Shown: positions 1 through 6,761 of the stretch, in pieces
Layout of the letters: each line of letters starts with the position of its first letter
Numbering within the stretch: the first letter of the stretch is position 1
From: Gammaproteobacteria bacterium
GTDB lineage: Bacteria > Pseudomonadota > Gammaproteobacteria > SZUA-229
NCBI GenBank assembly: GCA_011051475.1
Contig: DRLE01000036.1
Coordinates: forward strand, 1 to 53,490
Direction of reading: 5' to 3'
DNA length: 53,490 nt
The notes under the pieces: generated by a model
The model's input: the letters and a program-made list of their open reading frames with translations, nothing else
Told to the model about the DNA's origin: nothing
Databases searched by the model: none
Program-made: the position numbers and the translations under genes

Positions 1-1
1 C

Positions 2-475
2 CGCGGCTACCGGCACTGCGTTCAGGCCTGCCCCTACAAGAAGATGATGTTCAATGCCGCCAAGGGCATGTCGGAGAAATGCATATTCTGTTACCCGCGT
101 ATTGAAAAAGGCAAGGCCAATGCCTGTGCCGTGCAGTGTCCGGGCCGGATCCGGCAGGTCGGTTTTCTGGATGACACGACCTCGGATGTCTACAAGCTGG
201 TGACAGAGCACCAGGTGGCAATCCCGCTGCACCCTGAATACGGTACCGGCCCCAATGTTTATTACATCCCTCCGTTTTCAGGGCCGTCAACCGTTGATGA
301 CCAGGGCCGCCCGATCAATATCGACAGGATACCGATGTCCTATCTTCGTTCGCTGTTTGGTGATGGCGTGGATTCGGTAATCGCGACACTACGGGCGGAA
401 CGTGACGCGGTTACCGGAGGCGGCAGCTCGGTGATTCTCGAAGTCCTTAATTCCAACAATCGTTACAGCCTGTAG
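2..475 (+). CDS. Fe-S (beta) subunit of a type II Mo-bisPGD (DMSO reductase family) enzyme, NarH/EbdB/DdhB/SerB-like; 5' end outside the window
   Basis: The reading frame is open from the window edge (RGYRHCVQACPYKK upstream of the first Met). EKCIFCYPRIEKGKANACAVQCPGRIRQVGFLDD is the C-terminal ferredoxin-type Cys cluster pattern of NarH-like beta subunits. An EB_dh-type gamma gene and a TorD-like chaperone gene follow directly. Confidence 0.85.
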   Translation, partial: RGYRHCVQACPYKKMMFNAAKGMSEKCIFCYPRIEKGKANACAVQCPGRIRQVGFLDDTTSDVYKLVTEHQVAIPLHPEYGTGPNVYYIPPFSGPSTVDDQGRPINIDRIPMSYLRSLFGDGVDSVIATLRAERDAVTGGGSSVILEVLNSNNRYSL

Positions 476-486
476 GTGGGGTGATT

Positions 487-1236
487 ATGAAAACGTTTAT
501 CAAGAAAACAGCGACTCTTTTCTCAGTCATTATCCTGCTGACCGGTCTTATGTGCGCCGAGGTTTCAGCTGCCCGCTGGGGTGGCGGTGGCGGCGGTGGT
601 GGCGGTAACTGGGGTGGTATCACAGCCGCGCGGGTTATCGGCAATGTGCTGGTGCCGCCGGATGATCCTCTGTGGGATGCTGCCACAGCACAGTCATTTA
701 ACCTGAGATTTATCAATTCCACCGGTGGCGGTGGCATGTGGGGTGGTGGCGACGGCACCTCCGGCGGCACCGGTGGCACCATGACCGTCAAGGCCATCCA
801 TAACGGCACGGAAATCGCCTTTCTCCTGACCTGGAATGATGCAACGCGCAATGACACGGTCAACGGTGTCGATGAATTCTCCGATCGCGTCGGCATTATG
901 TTCTCCGCCCAGCAGAAATGTCGCATGGGCTCACCCGCTAATCCGGTCAATATCTGGTTCTGGCATGCCGCCAGAGGTGAGGTGAATAATATCGTTGCCG
1001 GCGGCCTGGGCACGATAACCAAAACCGGCGATGACAATATCCAGGTTATCAGTCACTACGCCAATGGCCAGTGGCAGGTTGTTATGAGCCGCCCCCTGGT
1101 GCCAATTAATACCGATAACCAGGTGGACCTTACCAATGGCAACAGCCCGATGGCCTTTGCCCGCTGGGATGGTGCAAACCGGGAACGTAACGGCAAGAAA
1201 TGGATTACCGGCCAGACCAGTGTGAGCCTGCAATAA
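487..1236 (+). CDS. Heme-b gamma subunit (EB_dh / EbdC-DdhC-SerC-like domain) of the type II Mo enzyme, Sec signal peptide, with unusual poly-Gly inserts
   Basis: Signal peptide MKTFIKKTATLFSVIILLTGLMCAEVSA. The mature part shows the EB_dh-like pattern (TVKAIHNGTEIAFLLTWNDATRND, DRVGIMFSAQ, ANGQWQVVMSRPL, FARWDGANRERNGKKW). It lies 5 nt after the beta gene stop. ATG 487 is preferred (GGTGGGG just upstream); GTG 481 is the alternative. Confidence 0.75.
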   Translation: MKTFIKKTATLFSVIILLTGLMCAEVSAARWGGGGGGGGGNWGGITAARVIGNVLVPPDDPLWDAATAQSFNLRFINSTGGGGMWGGGDGTSGGTGGTMTVKAIHNGTEIAFLLTWNDATRNDTVNGVDEFSDRVGIMFSAQQKCRMGSPANPVNIWFWHAARGEVNNIVAGGLGTITKTGDDNIQVISHYANGQWQVVMSRPLVPINTDNQVDLTNGNSPMAFARWDGANRERNGKKWITGQTSVSLQ

Positions 1237-1309
1237 ACCGGCCTTACTTCAGGTGCAGTCACACTGGTTGGATTCAATCAGATAATCAAATTAACAACGG
1301 GTAATAATT

Positions 1310-2041
1310 ATGTCTCAAGCAGCAATGACAGGTCATCAGGGAAACTCAATGGTTCAGGAAAACCTGACACCTATGGATACCGTGAATATCGTACGTAGCA
1401 GGATGTATTACCTGCTTTCACTGGCGTTTTCCTACCCCGGTGAAAATCTGCTGTCCACTCAGGATGAATTATATGAACTGGTCGCGGTGCTTTATCCGAA
1501 TCTGGCCGTGAGCAGGAAAGACATGCTCGTTGAGCTGGATAAAATGGAAGCGGAATATATCAATGTCTTCGACGGTCATGAACAGAAAAAATACTGCAAG
1601 CCTTATGAAGGTCAGTGGCAGGAGGCCGATCGCGCCATGCGCCAGTGGGAGGTAAAGAAATTCTACCGGTTCTTTGGCCTGGGCCTGAACAGAGCGATAA
1701 ACGAAATGCCGGACCATATCATGTACGAGCTGGAGTTTATGCATTACCTCTGCTATCGCATGGTCGAATCCGCCAGTGGCGCCCTTGGTAAGGTGAAAGG
1801 CGCCGGGCCGAACCAGCCGCGGCATTATCTGCAGGCGCAAAAGGATTTTCTGGAAAGGCATCTACTGGCATGGGTGGATGATTTTTGCCGGTTATTGCAG
1901 GAAAAAACAACGCTTCCTTTTTATGTGCAGCTGGCCAGGGTGACAGCGCAGTTTATTGTCGATGATATGGAGTGGTTGCAGACACAGGGAGAGGAGGTCA
2001 GTAAACAGGCTTCCGGCCTGAATGGATACGCGAATGAATAA
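1310..2041 (+). CDS. TorD/NarJ/DmsD-family redox enzyme maturation chaperone (delta subunit, EbdD/DdhD/SerD-like)
   Basis: RSRMYYLLSLAFSYPGE...EAEYINVF...MPDHIMYELEFMHYL is the typical TorD-family core. Its position directly after the beta and gamma genes fits a delta subunit. Confidence 0.75.
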   Translation: MSQAAMTGHQGNSMVQENLTPMDTVNIVRSRMYYLLSLAFSYPGENLLSTQDELYELVAVLYPNLAVSRKDMLVELDKMEAEYINVFDGHEQKKYCKPYEGQWQEADRAMRQWEVKKFYRFFGLGLNRAINEMPDHIMYELEFMHYLCYRMVESASGALGKVKGAGPNQPRHYLQAQKDFLERHLLAWVDDFCRLLQEKTTLPFYVQLARVTAQFIVDDMEWLQTQGEEVSKQASGLNGYANE

Positions 2042-2114
2042 AGGCAGGCTCACAGTTTTTCAGGTTAACAGTCCATTGCGTTTTCTCCTCATCTTCGCAG
2101 ATACGGGCTGTTCA

Positions 2115-2274
2115 GGAAGCTCTGATTAATTCGTGACATGGCATCTTGCGGCGCAAAATCACGCATTTCCGCGTTGCAGACCTTCGAAATAGCTGGCTAT
2201 TCCGTACGGTTTGCGCCCTGAACTGAGCGATTTTTCACCACAATCTGCTTACGCCAGAATTAGTCAGAGCTTCC
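2115..2274. repeat. About 160-bp imperfect palindrome (MITE/REP-like hairpin element) between the chaperone gene and moaA
   Basis: Termini ggaagctctgattaattc (2115-2132) and gaattagtcagagcttcc (2257-2274) are reverse complements at 17/18 positions. The inner arms remain partly complementary around the centre aatagctggctatt (about 2189-2202). Confidence 0.55.
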
Positions 2275-2322
2275 TTAACCTTTTTTATTGACAAAGACAG
2301 TAGGGGTAAACAGAGCATACTC

Positions 2323-3321
2323 ATGGCAGAGCTTATTGATTCATACAATCGCCGCATAGATTATCTGCGGTTATCGGTAACCGATCACTGTAATTACCGT
2401 TGCTTTTACTGTCGTACAAAGGCCGGTGACCGGGTGGCAGGTAATCATGATTTTCTCAGCTTTGAGGAAATGACCCGCCTGGTCCGTCTGTTTACCGAGC
2501 TGGGTGTCAGCAGGCTGAGGCTTACCGGCGGCGAGCCCCTGGTGCGGCGCCATCTGGTGGATTTTGTCGGGCAACTGGAAAAGCTGCCAGGGCTTGCGGA
2601 TATATCACTTTCGACCAATGGCCATTTGCTGGAACGTTTTGCTGCGCCATTAAAAGCGGCAGGTGTCAGTCGGGTAAATATCTCGCTTGATTCGATTGAT
2701 GCTGATAATTTCCGCCGCATAACCCGCAATGGTGAGCTGCAACAGGTCAGCCGTGGTATAGACGCCGCGCTGGCCGCCGGTATGGCGCCGGTAAAAATCA
2801 ATATGGTCGTAATGAGAGGGGTTAATGATCACGAGATTGAGTCCATGCTGGATTATGTGCTTGAGCGAGGCCTGGAGCTGCGGTTTATAGAAACCATGCC
2901 GGTCGGTGAAGCCGGGCGCAGGGTAATGGATTTGCATTATCCGGCCGCACAGATACTGCAGCGTGTTCGTGAGCGCTTCGCTACGCAGCTGGTTCCGGTC
3001 AAGGGTGGCAGGGGCGCAGGCCCGGCGCGCTATTATCAACTGGCAAACGGTCCGGCCAGGGTAGGGGTGATTTCCGCCGTGTCCCGGCATTTTTGCGAAG
3101 GCTGTAACCGGGTTCGCCTCACCGCAGAGGGTGAACTTGTGCTGTGCCTGGGGCATGAAAATCGGGTTTCCCTGCGCGAACCTCTGAGAGCCGGTTGCGG
3201 TGATGACGAAATCATGCAGCTTATCCGGACGGCTATTGCCAGCAAGCCAGCGCGCCATGATTTTCTGCGCCGGGATAAGAGCCATATACCGCTCAGCAGT
3301 ATGACCAGCCTTGGTGGATAG
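2323..3321 (+). CDS. moaA: GTP 3',8-cyclase MoaA (molybdenum cofactor biosynthesis, radical SAM)
   Basis: N-terminal YLRLSVTDHCNYRCFYC (CxxxCxxC radical-SAM cluster), LRLTGGEPLVR, and C-terminal second cluster CEGCNRVRLTAEGELVLC. Confidence 0.95.
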   Translation: MAELIDSYNRRIDYLRLSVTDHCNYRCFYCRTKAGDRVAGNHDFLSFEEMTRLVRLFTELGVSRLRLTGGEPLVRRHLVDFVGQLEKLPGLADISLSTNGHLLERFAAPLKAAGVSRVNISLDSIDADNFRRITRNGELQQVSRGIDAALAAGMAPVKINMVVMRGVNDHEIESMLDYVLERGLELRFIETMPVGEAGRRVMDLHYPAAQILQRVRERFATQLVPVKGGRGAGPARYYQLANGPARVGVISAVSRHFCEGCNRVRLTAEGELVLCLGHENRVSLREPLRAGCGDDEIMQLIRTAIASKPARHDFLRRDKSHIPLSSMTSLGG

Positions 3322-4002
3322 CGACAAGCGGCGCAGGGCGGTTTGCAATGTGTTTCCTGAAAGACGGAAGGCTTTTGTCTGTTTGTCGAAAAATTTTACA
3401 TGGTGATTTTTATTGTTGTACTTATCTATATTATTGATTTAATTAAACACACAAGTGATTTTATTTTTGAGTATAAGGGTAACTACTTATTCTAATACTA
3501 GAAAACCTTACAGTTTTATGGGGTGAGTGTTTCAATCCTGGTTATTGTTCGGGCCTGAAAATACGGGCAATATTGCATATATTGATCACCCGATACAGAT
3601 TTCTTATTGTCGGATAACTTTACGTTATTTCTCCGATTTCTGTCCTTACTTGCTGAATATCACCTATCTATATGAAATAAAAGGAATAAATAAATCTGGC
3701 ATGCTTCTGGCAATATCTGTTTACAGCAGGGATGAGGGTGAGTTATCTGGCATCAAGAAGTAAGCTGTAATAAATACAACCTTTTCCCGTATCCATAATT
3801 CACCAGATCGACATCAGGGTAAGTATGTATTTCCCTATTGATTTGGGCGAGACTGAATTGAAATTACCGTTTTTTTCTGACTGCATGGCTATCTGAAACA
3901 GGCTCTGTCTGTGGCAGTTGTTCATGGCCCGGTTCTTTCATTCCTGATGCCTCCGGAAACCCGATATATAAAAAGAGAAAATATCTAAAGTGAGGAAAAA
4001 TT

Positions 4003-4950
4003 ATGCAAAGACGTGAATTTCTGAAATCAAGTCTGGCTGGTTCTGCGGCATTCGCCCTTTCCGGCCTGACCGTGCTGAATTCGAAGCGTGCACATGCGGC
4101 TACCAGCAATATTGAATTAAGCGCCGAAGGGACATACAAGACCATGGTCGATGGTACGTCCGTCTATGTCTGGCAGTTCAATGATGCCAATGGCAGCGGT
4201 CCCGGTGCGCTGACCTCCGGCATTGTTGTCAATGAAGGTGACGTGGTCAATGTTACGGTTACCAACAACCTGGACAGGGCAATCAACTTTGTCATTCCCG
4301 GTGTAATGGCGAATACGCCTTCCGTATCACCCGGTTCGTCACAGACCTACAGCTTTACCGCGCCTGCAGCCGGCAGCTATTTCTACACCGACGGTGTCAA
4401 TGGTGAAATCGGCAAGGCGATGGGGCTTTCCGGCCCTCTGGTCGTGATGCCGGCCGATGGCTCCGATCGCCTGTACACCGGCGGGCCTGCCTTTAACCGG
4501 CAGTACACGCTGGTGCTGAACGAACTGGATGACCGCCTGAATGCGGCAGTGGCTGCCGGCGGTACCTACAATATGGACGATTACGAGCCTAACTACTACT
4601 TTGCCAACGGTCTGAGCTATCCCGATACCGCCGGTGATGGCGACACGCTGGTCTCTATGAATGTGGGCGAGAACGTGGCCATCCGCTTCATTAATACCGG
4701 CTGTATTACCTATCCTCAACACTTCCACGGTTATCACGTTAATGTCATCAGTCGCAATCGCGTACTGGAAACCCGTGTCATCGAGAAGGATACCACCCAG
4801 GTGGAGCGTGACATGTGTACCGATGTCATCCTGCCGGTCGCGCAGGCGGGCGCCTACCCGCTGCATACCCACTATGTTCCCGGTGTAACCGCCAATGGTG
4901 TTTATGTGTATCCCTATGGCGGCGCACTGATCGTCATGGTCGCAGCGTAA
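4003..4950 (+). CDS. Two-domain multicopper-oxidase-like protein, Tat signal. Cu ligands are retained only in the C-terminal cupredoxin half (HFHGYH, HTH) and there is no T1 Cys
   Basis: Twin-arginine signal MQRREFLKSSLAGSAAFALSGLTVLNSKRAHA. GDVVNVTVTN and PLVVMP are cupredoxin-like strands. HFHGYH at nt 4720-4737 and HTH at nt 4864-4872. RBS GAGGAAAAA before the ATG. Colinear paralogue of the next ORF. Confidence 0.8.
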   Translation: MQRREFLKSSLAGSAAFALSGLTVLNSKRAHAATSNIELSAEGTYKTMVDGTSVYVWQFNDANGSGPGALTSGIVVNEGDVVNVTVTNNLDRAINFVIPGVMANTPSVSPGSSQTYSFTAPAAGSYFYTDGVNGEIGKAMGLSGPLVVMPADGSDRLYTGGPAFNRQYTLVLNELDDRLNAAVAAGGTYNMDDYEPNYYFANGLSYPDTAGDGDTLVSMNVGENVAIRFINTGCITYPQHFHGYHVNVISRNRVLETRVIEKDTTQVERDMCTDVILPVAQAGAYPLHTHYVPGVTANGVYVYPYGGALIVMVAA

Positions 4951-4983
4951 TAACCCGTTATCGAGAATTTGAGGAGAATGAAA

Positions 4984-6009
4984 ATGCTTAACAAGTTTCA
5001 AAAGATCTATACAATGAGTATGCGTCGCGGTGGTGGCGGTGGCGGAAACGGCGGCGGTGGCGGCTCTACCACCCCGCCTGCCGGTGGTCGCACCTTCAGT
5101 TACCAGGCCGCACCTACCAGCGTTGGCGTCAGCATGATGGGCAATCTGACCATGGCCGATGGTGCATCACTTCGCACCTGGTATTTTGGCAGCGGCTTTA
5201 ATGGCGATCGCGCACTGGCGGGCCCTGTTTTCGAGGCCAATGAAGGTTCCAATGTGCAAATCACGCTGAGCTCGATGATGCCGCACAGTATTCATTTCCA
5301 TGGTCTGGATGTGGATCAGGCGAATGACGGCGTGCCAAGTACTTCCGGTTATGTCGGAAGAAGCATGGGCGGCGGCGGTTTCGGTCGTGTCGGCAATGCC
5401 ACCAGCCTCGGTAATTCATATACCTACACCTTTACTGCGCCACATGCTGGTACCTATATGTATCACTGCCATGTGGATACCTCCCTGCATTTTGAAATGG
5501 GTATGTACGGCACGGTGATTATTCGTCCTGCCAATGGTGACAGCAATGTGGCATGGGCAGGCGGTCCTGCTTTCGATAAGGAGTATATCTGGCAGATGGG
5601 CGCCTTTGACAGCAGCTGGCATGGCAGCAGGGTGAGCGGTGCACAAACCGCGCGTTACCGTCCCGACTATTTCATGATCAATGGCAGTGACGGCGCCAAT
5701 GCGAGTAACGATAGCACGGTGGCGATTTCTGCCGGCGCCGGCCAGAAGGTACTGATCCGCGTCAATGGCACCAGCTATATGCCGGGTATTGTACGTCTGG
5801 GTGGCTTGCAGTTTGAGGTGATTGCTTCTGACGGGCGGCCGCTGGCAGTTCCCTATGTTACAACCGAACAGCTGTGCTGTGCCGGTGAACGCTATGACCT
5901 GCTGGTAACGATGCCTTCATCCGGCCAGTACACGGCGAGTATCGAATATCGTGATATTCGCAATGGCAAGGCACTGGGTACGGTGACCACGACACTGACT
6001 GTCGTTTAA
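4984..6009 (+). CDS. Two-domain multicopper-oxidase-like protein, no signal peptide. The T1 site and half of the trinuclear-cluster ligands sit only in the N-terminal half; Gly-rich N-terminus
   Basis: HSIHFHG (nt 5284-5301) and HCHVDTSLHFEMGM (nt 5464-5505). No hydrophobic N-terminal segment (MLNKFQKIYTMSMRRGGGGGGNGGGGGSTT). GAGGAG lies 7 nt before ATG 4984; the TTG 4969 and ATG 4978 alternatives have poor spacing. Confidence 0.8.
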   Translation: MLNKFQKIYTMSMRRGGGGGGNGGGGGSTTPPAGGRTFSYQAAPTSVGVSMMGNLTMADGASLRTWYFGSGFNGDRALAGPVFEANEGSNVQITLSSMMPHSIHFHGLDVDQANDGVPSTSGYVGRSMGGGGFGRVGNATSLGNSYTYTFTAPHAGTYMYHCHVDTSLHFEMGMYGTVIIRPANGDSNVAWAGGPAFDKEYIWQMGAFDSSWHGSRVSGAQTARYRPDYFMINGSDGANASNDSTVAISAGAGQKVLIRVNGTSYMPGIVRLGGLQFEVIASDGRPLAVPYVTTEQLCCAGERYDLLVTMPSSGQYTASIEYRDIRNGKALGTVTTTLTVV

Positions 6010-6024
6010 TAGTATGGAGAATGG

Positions 6025-6062
6025 AAAAGCCTTCGTCATTATAAAATGACGAAGGCTTTTTA
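6025..6062. terminator. Bidirectional intrinsic terminator between the convergent MCO operon and the response-regulator gene
   Basis: aaaagccttcgtcatt-ataa-aatgacgaaggctttt: a perfect 16-bp stem flanked by A and T runs. Confidence 0.8.
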
Positions 6063-6112
6063 TTGTCTGTATGGTCCTGTTCAGGCCTGTTCTTGTGAAA
6101 CGATGCTTTCAG

Positions 6113-6721
6113 CTATTGATCTTTCAGGCTCAGCACCATCTGCACCAGTTCGGGTAGTGATTTTGTGTTCATTTTTTCCATGACCCGGGCACGGTGCACT
6201 TCAACCGTTTTTACACTGATGCCACATTGTTCGGCTATTTTCCGGTTGGGGTTGCCTGAAACCATCAGTTCCATGATTTCCTTTTCGCGGGGGGTCAGGC
6301 TCTCAATACAGGTGATGACCGATGCAGAGGCCGAATCTTTTTCCCGGTTCCTTGCATCTGTCTCCACGGCTTCCTGGATATTGTCCAGCAGCTCCTGGTC
6401 ACGGAACGGTTTTTCCAGAAAGACCTGGGCGCCCTGCTGCATGGCTTTTACCGCCATCGGTACATCACCATGGCCGCTGATAATAATGACGGGTAAGTTG
6501 ATATTATCTGCACGCATTTTCTGCTGCAGTTGCAGACCGCTCATGCCGGGCAGGCGTACATCCAGTATCAGGCAGCCGGGCGTGTCGGGATCGTAGGCAT
6601 CAAGAAAATCCTGTGCCGATGCATAGGTTCTGACGGGGTAACCAACGGTTTCTATCAGCCAGCTTAACGAGTCTCTTATTGCGGGATCGTCATCAACAAT
6701 AAAAATAGTCGGTTCTGCCAT
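6113..6721 (-). CDS. FixJ/NarL-family response regulator (REC + LuxR-type HTH)
   Basis: MAEPTIFIVDDDPAIRDSL...LILDVRLPGMSG...EKPF receiver domain. C-terminal LTPREKEIMELMVSGNPNRKIAEQCGISVKTVEVHRARVMEKM is the HTH. ATG 6721 has GAGGAA upstream; the longer ORF to 6877 overlaps the kinase gene. Confidence 0.9.
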   Translation of the reverse strand: MAEPTIFIVDDDPAIRDSLSWLIETVGYPVRTYASAQDFLDAYDPDTPGCLILDVRLPGMSGLQLQQKMRADNINLPVIIISGHGDVPMAVKAMQQGAQVFLEKPFRDQELLDNIQEAVETDARNREKDSASASVITCIESLTPREKEIMELMVSGNPNRKIAEQCGISVKTVEVHRARVMEKMNTKSLPELVQMVLSLKDQ

Positions 6722-6761
6722 AGTGGGTTTCCTCGCTGAAGTAACACCTGTGAGGCGTACT

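Noticed and set aside
2042-2322. Possible Moco (moaA-motif) riboswitch, since the region precedes moaA
   Set aside because: I could not find the conserved Moco-motif blocks as I remember them, and the dominant structure is a simple long palindrome. cmsearch with the Rfam Moco model would settle it.
3697-3712. Sigma-54-like promoter CTGGCATGCTTCTGGCA (GG and GC at the correct 10-nt spacing) in the AT-rich gap upstream of the MCO genes
   Set aside because: It has three mismatches to the YTGGCACGrNNNTTGCW consensus, including the -12 TTGC. It lies about 290 nt from the start codon. No bacterial enhancer-binding protein gene is in the window, and the neighbouring regulator is FixJ/NarL-type. It may be a chance match, so it is not reported as a feature.
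3527-3763. 78-aa ORF in the AT-rich gap
   Set aside because: It has a GTG start without an RBS and an odd composition driven by AT-rich DNA, with no motif. It is more likely non-coding.
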